From Octopus bimaculoides (Eukaryota), in NCBI RefSeq assembly GCF_001194135.2, contig NC_068988.1, positions 26,416,722-26,480,721 of the forward strand: a stretch of DNA of 64,000 nucleotides, written 5' to 3'. The translations under genes and the position numbers were made by a program. The notes beneath the pieces were generated by a model that saw nothing but the letters and a program-made list of their open reading frames with translations, was not told where the DNA came from and searched no databases. Of the stretch, positions 24,837-38,155 are shown piece by piece. Position 1 is the stretch's first letter; the number at the start of each line of letters is the position of its first letter.

Positions 24837-26130
24837 GAGTGACTAAGAGAGCAGCGCATGCCATCAAAGTGACACTGGGGTGAAATATACGAAACCCATA
24901 TACTACCCGTCTGATAAGGGTACATTAGGCTCATGCATTACAACCACATGTGCGCGACATGGTGATCTCATATCAAGATAATCAGCTGGTCGGGCTCAGT
25001 TAGAATTTTTTTCAGGTTGAGTAGCCCATCCCGCTCGAATAGTCTTTGAATATACATTGTATATATTACCTATCTCTGTCAGATTTTGGGTGGTGCATCC
25101 TAAATTCTGTCATAATTCTACTTGTTTCCCTATCTAGATTGATTAGTTCATTTTGAGTCCATTTAAGAATGTTGTAGCTGTAACTTATAACTGGAACGGC
25201 TAGAATGTTGATACCTACTATATTGTTTTTTGCAATTAGCTCTTTTCAGTATTAATCTAACTTGTCTGTAATATTCCCTTCTTATTTTCTCTTTCATTAG
25301 TGTGTGCTGAATTGTATCTAATTTATTGATTCCTACGTATTTGTATGTCTAGCTTTGGTCTAATTATTTATTTTTCATTTCTTTTTTCTAGTGTGAATTT
25401 GTTACTCTTAACTAGTTTTCCTCCTTTCAAAGTTACTTTGGCACATTTTTCTGAGCCAAATTTCATGTTTTTTCTTTGGTAAATCCATGTTCTGTATGTT
25501 GTAAAGTTTCCACACATCCAGTTCTGCTTAGCCTGTCAGATAAAAGTATCAGTGTCAAGCAGAAAAGTAGTGGAGAGAGCATGTCTCCCTGGAATATTCC
25601 TCTTCTAATGGGGATGGCTTTGGTTTTTTAGGTTTTATGAAAGGTTTTATGAAAGGTTTTATGAAAGAATGAAAGGTTTTGGTTTTTATGAGTCGAGTCC
25701 CTCTTTTGCCCGGAGCTGCAACACTGTTTACCATTTATTCATGGAATGTTTTATATATTTTATGATTGTTGTTGCTACCTTGTTCATAGCTACTGTTTCT
25801 AGAATCCATGTGTGGAGAAACTATCAAAAGCCTTGCGATGATCGATCTCTTTCTTATTGTTGTCTTCAGTTACGTCTTTATTGATCGATAACTGATCTTT
25901 ACATCCGTATGAGCCATTGTTTTCTTCCTGTTGTTTACCCATTCTCTGCGATATTATTGCAGTAAAGGCTTTGTAAATTTTGGGGAGACACCTTATCGGT
26001 TTGTAATTTTGTGAGTTCGCCGTTTCAGTGGACTTGGATAGTAGGATAATTTTCTCTTCCGTAATCCATTCAAGCATTGTCTCTGGCTCTTCTAGTATCT
26101 CAATAAATTTCTCAGATACCTACGCTCAAA
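24837..26130 (-). mobile_element. R4/Dong-clade element: RT domain (26130->~25053) joined to a probable 3' UTR ending at (AAT)n
   Basis: EPETMLEWITEEKIILLSK..NYKPIRCLPKIYK, GSYGCKDQL.INK, KAFDS, IRRGIFQGDMLSPLLFC, INILAVPVISYSYNILKW, RMHHPKSDRDR*YIQ. The 3' UTR call is inferred from its position against the (AAT)n. Confidence 0.9.
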
Positions 26131-28114
26131 CCCTATCAGATTGGATAAATACAATATTGTAAACATTAATTCGAACGGAAGAATATATCATAAAGCAATA
26201 TTGCTGTGTTCAATAACAAATACAATAATGAAGCCATTCCACCTTTTTCAAAATTATAAAACAACAGAAATATGCCTGAGTTGTGTCAGCAAAAAGTTTA
26301 TCCTGTCCAAACAAAATTGTATGGCAAAATTATGGAGTACTTTCATGTTTGATGACGCATACTCGTGTCTGAATTCCAAAGCCCCATTATGAGGAATGAT
26401 TAGGACATTATTGTCATAGTGCCTTGAGCGTGTATGTGGTGACATATTTTGTATTTCTTTTCTCGTATATTTTCAGTATGAAATGTTTAGCTTATCTCAA
26501 ACGACTATTATGAATGTGCATCTCTACGCGATTTTAACAGACTTTGCATACATTGGGCTACGAAATCAATACATAAAGGATTTATTGAGAAAGTGTATAA
26601 ATCTTAATATTCTTCTTCCTATCTTTTAAGAATGTCGTCTCTTAATTAACTACAGTTACCATTTTATTTTTATAAAGCTGGAATATAAATATCTGCTGCT
26701 TAATAATGACACTCTTATCAAGTAATCTTGCTGCGAAGTATCCCTAAAAAAACTAAATTTTCATTCCTGTCAAAACACGATATGGTAACGCATTGACATA
26801 TTATTAATCGAACTTGCTGCCAAAAATCCGTAGTTTAAACAAATTGACCTTTTCAGATTAATTTATCTCTAATTATAGAGGATTTACAAGTAGTGCCTCG
26901 ACACTTAAACATTATATTCAATAATTGCTGATGAAAAAGCAACGCATAGTAACAGTAGTAGTGCCGACTGTCTTTTGTTGACCAAGAGTTATATCGTGTA
27001 TAAGAACAGGGTGTCTACATCTGTCAATATAAAGTCTTCGATAAAAAGTTATAGATATATTCTACAAGATTGTAATTGAACTAAGTTGCAACAATGCAAA
27101 TTAGTCAATACAGCGTAAACAAAACTAATGGCGTGTTTATAAGCAGTATGTATGAGAACAGTTAAAGAGAATTTTTAGTAACTGACGCAGTATAAGTCTA
27201 TAATATAGGAACCGCACATGTAAATCATTCTAACTACTGCTAATTTAATAACGATTGTTTCGCGTGGCATTCCAATAACAGTAAAAGACAAGCCTCTACT
27301 TCACAATCACACACATTAATTAAAATGAATGTGAAATTGTAAATTATTAAGCGACGCCATTCCAAGGAATTTAGAGCAAGACCATTCAGTTATGCATGAG
27401 GCATGCTTTGCACGTCGTGGCTGATTTAAATGAAAAATACATCGATCAAGAAGTGTGTAGTCGTTCTGAATGCAGTCATGTCACAGGTATGAATGGGCTA
27501 CGAAATGTAGCATCAAACACCGGTGCTATTGGACTAGAAATATCAAACATATTATTTGCTTAAGAACATGGCAGAAGATCATCTATCAAATCTGTGAAGT
27601 GTATTCCTTCTGTTGGAAATATATTGGTGTCATAAGAGCCAACCTTGACATCAAAACTATCACTTCTTTTAAAGTAGCACCGCATTTATCAAAGGTCACA
27701 CTACAAACAAAGTTCTGCGCATGATAAGAAGTAGTAAATCACTTCCGGCTGTCAAAATCCTATGAAAATTACCAGTCATGAGATTCCCAGCATCTAACAA
27801 TTTAGCCAAATCTAAATAGGATCTCTGAATGGTAAAATATCTAAATAATCCTATGTTATTGATTTCAGTGACCTTACGATCTACAGTTTATTCATTGAAA
27901 TATTATGTACTACTTATAATGTCATAGAAAGAGCTTAATTCTAAACTGTTCTTCGGAATATATCCATAAATTTATTTAGCTAATATTGCTAGGCAGATAT
28001 AAAACATATTCACCATATCTATTATCTTCGAGGACAGAAAATGGACGCATTCGATTAGTTACTGCCCTGCTTTGGAACATCATCAGCCACGATGCACTAA
28101 ATTTAACTAACCAC

Positions 28115-28172
<58 letters not shown>

Positions 28173-28174
28173 AG

Positions 28175-28216
<42 letters not shown>

Positions 28217-28217
28217 G

Positions 28218-28248
<31 letters not shown>

Positions 28249-28647
28249 ATGTGTGATGTATATATACACACAGTTTATAAAGCCCCTAATATTAAGTTAT
28301 TAACTGAACCTGAGGTAAATAGAGAAATCTTCATATTTAACGTGTTTTGAAGCAAGTTCTATTAATAAAATTCTAGTACGCTAGATAATGTCAGACTTTA
28401 CTGTGGTGTCTATCCAGAGACTTTTGTCCTGTATTTTGTGTAGGCATTTTTTAACATACTTCTCTATGTATAGAAAACAAATAGACCATTAGTACTAGTT
28501 TCATATTATTAGCAACTATGTACAATTTTTAACTCTGTTAGTTTGAAGAAGATCAGTAAGTATATGAATTAAGCCGAATCGCCCTCTTTCGATTGATATA
28601 TTACTGGTCCAACAAGAATTTTGTTTCAATATTTTGTCTGCAAAAGT

Positions 28648-28786
28648 ATTCTTTTCTACTCTTGGCACAAGGCACGAAATTTTGGGGGAGGGGCCAGTCG
28701 ATTAGATCGATCCCAGTACGCAACTGAGACATAAGGCAAAGACGACCTCGGCGGAAGTTGGAATCAGAACGTAAAGAAAGACGAAA
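28648..28786 (-). mobile_element. Type A SINE with internal deletion
   Basis: ggcacaaggcacgaaattttgggggaggggccagtcgattagatcg joined to aggcaaagacgacctcggcgg. Confidence 0.85.
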
Positions 28787-31674
28787 GGTCTACAAAAAAT
28801 ATAAACAAATTATTTTATGTTTCAACTTAAAATCTTGTGTGAATGTTTATAGATATATTTTGCAATGTTTTATATCATTGAAACATATCTTGCTAACGCA
28901 CCAGAAATTTAGTTATAAAGTTTGTAAACTCATGATGCTTTTGAATATTAAAAAGAAATATTGATATTAGCGTGTAGCCAATGATTTGTTTGTCTGCGTA
29001 CGCTTATGCTGCGTTTCAAAATCATTTGACCATTTCAAATGTTAATATCAAAGAAAAACTATATATTTATCTCAGTCAAAATAAGAAAACGACACTGTAT
29101 GAATTGTTATTCATTTCTTCTTACAAGGAATAACAGTTTTCTACTGCTTAGTAATATATGCACATCATGCGGCTTAAATGTTTTCTACGCATAATTCCGC
29201 TTGACGCAATTATTATAGTACATCATTTTTTTAATTACTGAACCATTATCTAATTTATAGGATAAAATCGGAAGTACTAGTAATGTAAAGAAACCAGTAG
29301 CCGAAAGATAGTAAATTCGAACAGTAAGGTGAGAGGATTATCCGCATATAATAGAAATGAAATGATATAACTGACGGAATTGATAAAATATTTGACACAA
29401 GTGACACAGCGGCATAGGAAATTGTGGAAGGATTTTTTTGTGGAAAGAAAATGAACGTTAAACGAACATAAAGAAAATGTCTATTTCGGAAAATCAAAGA
29501 AAGCTAATTGAACATGTTATAATATGACTCGAGTTGTAGTAAATATTCTAGGTGAAGCCAGAGAGGTTTTGAACGATAATTTGAGCTATTATGATGACAT
29601 CATATATGTCATGTGCAAACGAATAGCGAGAGAGAAGTAATAGTTGTAAAGTACAGAAAAAGTTTCTTCTGAAAATATCAAGGAATGTGTATTCGAGATG
29701 AATATAAAAACAGGACGGCAGGATAAAAATTTCGTAAATACACTGGGTGGGAGATAGTAACTCTGCATAAGACCAAAGAATTGTTACAGGCGAAAAAATG
29801 TGATTTATGTCATAATTACCCCTATTACAGTCAATTATTAGTTTAACCTTTGGTGTTAAGAGTTCGAAATGGAACAGTTGAAGCAGAAACTAAGTTACAA
29901 ATTATTGATATTTATCGTTGCAATGAAATGAATTACTCGACCTTAAACATGAAATTCCATATAATAGTATTCTACTCTAGTTTTTATGTTAAAATATAAA
30001 CCATTTTCTGTATGAAATTTTATTCCTGAACATAAATTTGAGAAGCAGGTATAAAATGAATGTGTCATAGTATATCCTATTATCTTTATATATTACATGT
30101 ATAAGAGTCTTATCGACTTAACTTCTGTTTTTTTTCCTTTATTTTATTTTATTTATTTATTGTTTTTTTTTTGTTTTTTTTTTGTCTATTCAGGGTAGTT
30201 AAAACATTTCACTACATTCAGTGAAACTATACGTAAGAAATTGTTGGAAACCTGAATATGAAACTGTAATCAATTAATAATTACTGACCATAATATCTGT
30301 CCTGAATTTCCATATCTTCACTATAAAAAACAGTAATCTAAAATTATATTTTATTAATACATCATTTCTTTTTTGAATTATCTCTATTCGTGGAAATGAT
30401 CTCTAACTTTCAAATACATACAAATATAAATAAATTAACCATTCATATATATATTGCAGAATATATCTATGAATATTTGTATGCATGCATGTATGTTTGT
30501 ATGTATGTAATTCGCACAACATCAAAATATGTTTCTTAATACAAACTGCAGTATTCAATGCAAAATGACGAGTAATATTTTTCAAATAATTTTATCTTCC
30601 TGAGTTTCATGCCACTGCAATCACGAAGCAAAATGTGTCGTGGTTTAGTTTTTATCGTCTCTCTATGTTGCCTTCTTTACTATGGAGCAGATTGCATTAT
30701 TTTATCGATCCATATCATTTTCAGAGTTGTTTACGATTTCAGTTTTATGGTTGCTTTATTTCACTGAGGCCATGGTTGTTCTCATTTCCATTGCAGACTA
30801 ACTAGTTTTATATTTAGTAATTTTACAGTATATTGTTTTAAATTATGCTTTTATGAGATTTTTAAAATATATATCTCGCACGAAGGAACGTAACTTTCAA
30901 AATCTTATATACAAAAATCATACACACATTCTGCAATATTTGCAGAACACGTGATGCGTAAATAAGAATAGCATGAAAAGAAATAAGAATGATATAAGAA
31001 ACGCTTATGGAAAAAAACGTTTTTTTTTTCTGTCTGAACATAGGATGTGCTGCCAGTGAAGCAACAGCAGCCGACATAACGAAATAACAATACAATCACA
31101 AAAATGCCAACATAAGCAGCATATTATTCTGTGAAAACCAGATTAGAGAACAAAGAAAGAAACTTCACTTATCAAATAGCAATTTATGAAACAGGACTGG
31201 AATGACGTAATAATCTGACAAACAGAAGATCAACTGAGGATCTGAAAAACGATTTATAGAATTTTCATCGCTTCTTGGGTACTCAGATGTGGTCGAAGCA
31301 ATTAATTTGTAATATTTTAGACCTCCATTGATAGGAAAATACGCATCTGCAATCGACTGGGAAATTAGTAGCTCATTGTTCATTGTGATGTACACAACAC
31401 GGACACAACAACATTTAAATTGCAAGGGAGAGCAGCAATCATTATAAACGTTCCTAATTAAGTAGCTAATGATGCACAGCCCAACTATGGTTATATTTTA
31501 TACAAGAATGCCACAGAAACGTGGAAACTTCTTAGTCGGCCTCAAAGTTTATGCTTATAAAGAGATAGTTGTTTGTGGTGTGAATTATTTGCTTACTAAG
31601 CTCAATGAGACTAAAACTTCGTTGAGTTTGACACAAAGCATGCGAATAACATTAAGATTACTATCTACGTGTAA

Positions 31675-32130
31675 CTTATTTCAGTCGTTTGACGGCGGCC
31701 ATGCTGGAACTTCACCATTAATGGTTGCATCGAACAAATTGACCTCAGCATTTACATATATATAAGTTTGATTCTTATTCTGCAATTCCTTTTGCCGAGT
31801 CGCTAAACTATGGGAAAGTAAAGAAATTAATGTCGATTGTGAAATGGGGTCGCAGACAAACATAAAGGTACACACACATAAATATGTATGTGTGTGTGTG
31901 CGTGTGAGTTTGTGTGCGAGCATACGTACGTACTTATGTATGTATGAGTACAATCATACATACACACACACACACACACACATAAATGAGATATACTTCT
32001 ACAAACTTCCGCTCTCTTAAATTCGCTCACAATGTGTCTGTGGGTCCGGGAATATAGATGGATGTACTGTCACAAGATGCCGCGCCGTGAACTGAATCCG
32101 AAATAGCATTGCTGCAAAGTGTGATTCTTG
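31675..32130 (-). mobile_element. tRNA-derived SINE of a third family with internal (CA)n/(TG)n, diverged
   Basis: Same architecture as 37745-38155 and 60247-60400; tail block tttcagtc..tgacggcggccatgctgga and ttttgccgag.cgctaa. Confidence 0.7.
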
Positions 32131-32764
32131 ACTTCAAAACAATTCCTGCAATTAATCATAAGATATATTAAAATTTCCTGAATGAACTGCATCGTGTTTT
32201 ATACATTAAAATATTTGTAACCATTTTATTATGCAGCTGACTGACACTAATGAAAAACGAGCCAATTTAGCTGTATCAGGGTTTGTATAGCGTATGGATA
32301 TTTATAACGGTGACAATCGTCTTTTTTTTACGAAATTTACGAAATTTAACGAAGAAAAAATTGCAGGTTAATTTTTTAAAAACTGTACGAAATTACATTC
32401 CTAATTGTGCAATGCAGTATAAAGTGCACTATGTATAAATAAACTGGTGGGCGGATGTACTTTTAAGCTACTTAAAATGTTTAGTGCCACTGGAGCTTGT
32501 ACTACTGTACGATCGTGGCTTGCGGGAGGATCTTCATCCTCCAGATATTAGTCAATTTTATACTTTCTTTTTCCCATACTTTCTTTTTCCCAGTAAAAGT
32601 ATATGACGCAGCATTGTCATTCTCTTATACAATGTGGTAAAACCGATTTTTCTTGAAAAGGGTAAATATTAAATTTGAATTATCAGCTTTATACGCAAGC
32701 ATTCATATAGAAATTGGGTAAACACCTTTAGCAATGTCCTGAGGCCTAAATCTGCGCAAACAAT

Positions 32765-32797
<33 letters not shown>

Positions 32798-33542
32798 NNN
32801 NNNNNNNNNNNNNNNNNNNNNNNNNNNNNNNNNNNNNNNNNNNNNNNNNNNNNNNNNNNNNNNNNNNNNNNNNNNNNNNNNNNNNNNNNNNNNNNNNNNN
32901 NNNNNNNNNNNNNNNNNNNNNNNNNNNNNNNNNNNNNNNNNNNNNNNNNNNNNNNNNNNNNNNNNNNNNNNNNNNNNNNNNNNNNNNNNNNNNNNNNNNN
33001 NNNNNNNNNNNNNNNNNNNNNNNNNNNNNNNNNNNNNNNNNNNNNNNNNNNNNNNNNNNNNNNNNNNNNNNNNNNNNNNNNNNNNNNNNNNNNNNNNNNN
33101 NNNNNNNNNNNNNNNNNNNNNNNNNNNNNNNNNNNNNNNNNNNNNNNNNNNNNNNNNNNNNNNNNNNNNNNNNNNNNNNNNNNNNNNNNNNNNNNNNNNN
33201 NNNNNNNNNNNNNNNNNNNNNNNNNNNNNNNNNNNNNNNNNNNNNNNNNNNNNNNNNNNNNNNNNNNNNNNNNNNNNNNNNNNNNNNNNNNNNNNNNNNN
33301 NNNNNNNNNNNNNNNNNNNNNNNNNNNNNNNNNNNNNNNNNNNNNNNNNNNNNNNNNNNNNNNNNNNNNNNNNNNNNNNNNNNNNNNNNNNNNNNNNNNN
33401 NNNNNNNNNNNNNNNNNNNNNNNNNNNNNNNNNNNNNNNNNNNNNNNNNNNNNNNNNNNNNNNNNNNNNNNNNNNNNNNNNNNNNNNNNNNNNNNNNNNN
33501 NNNNNNNNNNNNNNNNNNNNNNNNNNNNNNNNNNNNNNNNNN
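32798..33542. other. Assembly gap (N-run)
   Basis: Ns flanked by (AT)n on both sides. Confidence 1.
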
Positions 33543-33578
<36 letters not shown>

Positions 33579-33699
33579 GTATACACACACACACACATAT
33601 ATATACACATACGTATATATATGTAGGTACCTATGTATGCATATGCGTATATGCGTATTTGTGTGTGCGTGCGTCGCTTTCAACGTAGAATGGTTCCAC

Positions 33700-33736
<37 letters not shown>

Positions 33737-35044
33737 TGTGCGTGCGTGCGTGTGTGTGTGTGTGTGTTTACTTATTGTGCCTTGAATATGGTGGTAAATC
33801 ACGTTACACACATTATTCCACATGATTACCTCCTGAACAGAAATACGATGCAACTCTATTTTAAATAAGCACTTGAAGTACTAAACTTCTGTAATGCAAC
33901 CAATGCAACTGCATTCGAATAACAGTGAGAACTTGTGTTACATAATGATCTGCAGAACTTTGAATAGAATGAGATCGAGGGGCGTAAATGTGGACCATGA
34001 ATCCCCAAAGTAATGCTACACAACGAACAGTAATCATTTTCATAAAATAACGGATGTAGACTATTGATATTGAACATAACTCACGTCTTCTCATAGCGCA
34101 TGTACTACCATCGTTTTATAATGTATATTAAATATATTTTGCTGATAGATTATCACTATATTACTCGCTTAAGAAACTACTGTGAAAATACAACCGTTTG
34201 TTTCTGGGACAGCCTCCCTGATTTGATTCACTATGAATTTCCTGCATCATACAGTATACATGACACGCTCAATTGATAAATCACTACATTATTACTCCTG
34301 GGAACCTTTCAATACTTATAATGCACATTCCATAAAAGGTTTTAGAATGTAATTGATTGCAGACTCATAAATTCATCAATTATTAATGGATCTTTGTCAC
34401 TTAAGAACCCTGCAGATTTTCTAACATTGAAAGGTTTTAGTAATTCCAATTTGGTGAAGAGTTTCTCACAGTAAAACAAAAAGAATTGTGTAAGATAAAC
34501 AAATAAACTATCGAAATAATTATCTAAGGGAAGTTATCACTGAATTGTCAGATTTTGCTTCCTTTGAATTTTCTCCCATTCAACTAGTTCCGCACACAGG
34601 AAATTATATGTAAATTTTATATTTTTTTCCATGGCGTAGTCAACGTATTTATTGACATGTAAATTACTAGAATTATTAATTCCAAGAAGGCTGAAATGCT
34701 CATGGCCTATTGTCGTTTGCAAATTTGCATTGGAAGACTTATAAAAGAGGTTGATATTAGTATAATGCGTTCGAAATAGTTATTAGGGTAAAATATTAAT
34801 ATACTATTCGAGAAAATTCAACCGTTGACAAATATTGTATAATGTAATCATTGTAAACCATATACGTTTAATTAAATTCTTTATCCTCAGTTTGTTTATG
34901 ATTTTAAATAATTGCCAACAAAATAATCATGCTGAGAAACATAATATTAACTTCATAGTATTTTACGATGGTTTAATATTACAAAATGCTAAAAATTAAA
35001 AAAAAGAAAGAGCAGTAACTATGACACTGACTGGCATTTCAATA

Positions 35045-35193
35045 TTCTTTTCTACTCAAGGCACAAGGTACGAAATTTGGTGGGAAGCGGCCAGTCAATT
35101 AGATCGACCCCAGTAAGCAACCGGTACTTAATTTATCGACTCCGAAAGGATTAAAGGTAAAGTCGACCTCGGCGAATATGAATTCAGAACGAG
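35045..35193 (-). mobile_element. Type A SINE cut off within its tRNA head
   Basis: ttctactcaaggcacaagg...aagtcgacctcggcg...tcagaacg. Confidence 0.85.
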
Positions 35194-35405
35194 CAGCTAA
35201 ACATAGAGGGGACAAACAAGAACAGACAAAGGGATTAAGTCGATTACATCGATCCCAGTGCGTAACTGGTACTTAATTTATCGACCTCGAAAGGATGAAA
35301 GGCAAAGTCGAGCTCAGCGGAATTTGGACCCAGAACTTAAAGAGAGACGCAATACCGCTGAGCATTTCACCCGGCGTGCTAACGTTTCTGCCAGCTCACC
35401 GCCTT
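35194..35405 (-). mobile_element. Type B SINE abutting the type A copy
   Basis: agaggggacaaacaag tail block, central block and complete head ending ...ctgccagctcaccgcctt. Confidence 0.85.
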
Positions 35406-35780
35406 CTGGCCTTTCAATATTAAGTAGTGCAATGTGGTAGGAATTATGTATGGACATGTCAAGAAAATTAAAAATTGGGGATGAGCTAAAATAAAAAAAA
35501 AGGTCAAATATACTCTGGAAAAAAATTACTTACGGCATAGTCATTGATCGCGTAGCGGGTCAGACATTTTAGGAGTAATAATATATGAAACAGAATAGTG
35601 ATGGAAATAGACCTGGAAGACGACGGTAAACAATCATAAGGCATTTATTTTGTAAGTGAAATAATAAGACCTTAGTACATCAGTGGAAGTGAGCAGTTTG
35701 TTAACGGCTGTGCTATTATTAATCACTCAACATGTCATGCTTTTGATGTTCATCTGGATGCAGTGTAGGATGTTTGTATC

Positions 35781-35833
35781 AGTAGTAGTAGCAGCAGCAC
35801 TAGCAGCAGCAGCAGCAGCAGTAGTGGTAGTAA

Positions 35834-35879
<46 letters not shown>
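35781..35879. repeat. (AGT)n/(AGC)n microsatellite
   Basis: Read directly; explains the poly-A/V ORF at 35683-35886. Confidence 0.95.
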
Positions 35880-35880
<1 letters not shown>

Positions 35881-37744
35881 CTATAACAGATGTGGGTGCA
35901 ATAGCTCTTTGTATTTCTTGCTCGTGCCGTAGGGGGTCAGCCTATTCTTTTGGCGTTATAAGTATATGATTGATCTTAAACTACTATAAAAGATAATCAG
36001 AACTTATGAACCACAGCTATTGTAACGAGCAGGAATGTTTTATCTACTTATTCCTCACGATAAAATATAGTGAAACAGCTTCTCTATTTTCTATGTTATG
36101 GGTATTGCTAGCTTTCGTCTGTTGAAAGAGATTAGATTGGATTGTTTATGAGGGATATATTCACGTATATTAAAACATGACTTAACGGACGATATGAACT
36201 TTAACAGTTACTCGTGTTTATATTGAAAAGAATTGCTCACATATATTACAATCTAACTATTCTTAGTATGCGAGAGAGAAAATGAACATCACCTTTGCAA
36301 GCCCTCTGAGACTGGTCGAAAAACCATTATCATGTATTTCTAAACTTTTTTATTAATATTCAATAAAAACAAAAACCACTCATTTTCAATATTCCATTTT
36401 TCGAAGCTCAATCGTTTTTCTGAAAAGATGTTATAAGTTCACTTTCCCAATTGCATTAACCAGTCCAGTGGCACTTAATATTTTATTAATATTGAATTTA
36501 ATGATTTTTATTCACAATTATATTATCGAATGTGCTTGTGAATGAAGATTTACATCTGAAGGCAGTGTATTGATTCTTTTGAATAAATGCGAATTTATTG
36601 CGCGCCCTTGGGTGTCTCCACTCGCTCGTACTTCTGTGTGAAGAAAACCACACTGACCATAGAGACATATCGCAGTGGTTCTAAGTTAGGTGTTAGGCAG
36701 CTTAATAATGGGATCATCTGGATATCTTCATTTCTACAGCAAATTTTTCATACGAAAAAATGTTAGTGAAGGCAGAATATGCGCATACAGTAGGAAAGTT
36801 GCATTTCCGTTTGTCAGATATTTGTCAGAAAGCAAATGCCAAATCATTTCAAGGATTTCATTTTTAAATGTTACTATGAATGTATTTTAAAATATGCTAC
36901 AATATCTTATGTGTATTTTATACAGTTTATATCTTTACTCGTTTACTCGCTATAACCTTGTTTATGTAAGTCGAAATTTATCGTATTTTCTGATGAAATA
37001 TTTATGTGTAACTATGTAAAGGAATTTGAAGCCACCATTAATTATGTGCACAGTGTTTATGCCATTCATAAGACAAGTGACTCATGGAATATTGACCAGA
37101 ATTGTGCATATACTTTATCATAAAGCTAAAACAATTGATTATTGTGGATTGTCTGAGGAACAGCATCTATATCTTTATAATATTTGAAATATCCAGACTC
37201 TTCTTTTATTTCTATTTGTCTCGCTCATAGAATTGTAGCTATGATGGGGCACCTCACTGGGGAGCTCAGTCGAACAAATCATCATTAGTACTCTAGTGCT
37301 CACGTGGGGCGGCTGAAATGTTCATAGGCTGCAGAAGATGTTTTCAACCATTGAAGCCAAGAACTTGTAGCTGGATTATGCTGAATCATTTTCCTAATGA
37401 AACTGGTTCCCTTTCGTCGGTTTTCCTATTCGTTTGGGTTGATAGCCTTTTCCAACGCCCTCATCAGCAAGTTGGCATAGTACTCTACATTGGTGTTATG
37501 GCTGTTTGAAGATCGTCAATAAAAAAAAAAGCATTTTGAATTTAAAAAAAAAAACTGAAGCCATCACTTCCCTGCAGATGAAATGACTTTGACCTTTTGA
37601 ATGGGTTGTCTTTTTGTCTTTGTCTTTAGCGATGAGCACAATACTCATCCTAAGTTAGGTGGCGTTCAAAGAAAACAGCTGGATTTGTCTTACATAATTT
37701 TCCCGTGATGTGATCAGTCTGGTGCGCTTTTGATAAGATGTCAG

Positions 37745-38155
37745 AAAACGTGGCATCCACCGAGCAGAAACCTTCGTCAAGTCAAGTTCATGTCATCTGG
37801 AGAACGTGCCTGATTCAGTAGCCCCAAGCCAACCAATGCCGTATGAATCAATTTGATAGACGTAAACTCTGTGGAAGACTTACGTGTATATATCTATTTA
37901 CATACGTGTGTTTGAGTCTGAGTGCGTGTTTGTGTCTGTCGGTTTATTTTGTCTCCACCGCCGACTAACTTCCAGTATAAGTTACTTTACATCCCGTAGC
38001 ATAGCTGATAGGCAAAAGAGACCCATAGAATGAATACATAACAGGTTTTTAAACAATAAGTGTCTGAGGTCAACTTATTCGATTAAACCCTTCAGGAAGT
38101 TGCTCCAGCATGACCACAGTTCTATCACTGAAACATGTAAAAGATAAAAGAAAAG
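37745..38155 (+). mobile_element. Diverged SINE or SINE composite (third family)
   Basis: ggcatcc...agaaacctt, then ggcaaaagagaccc.tagaat and ttgctccagcatgaccacagtt...ctgaaaca.gtaaaagataaaaga tail. Confidence 0.7.
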
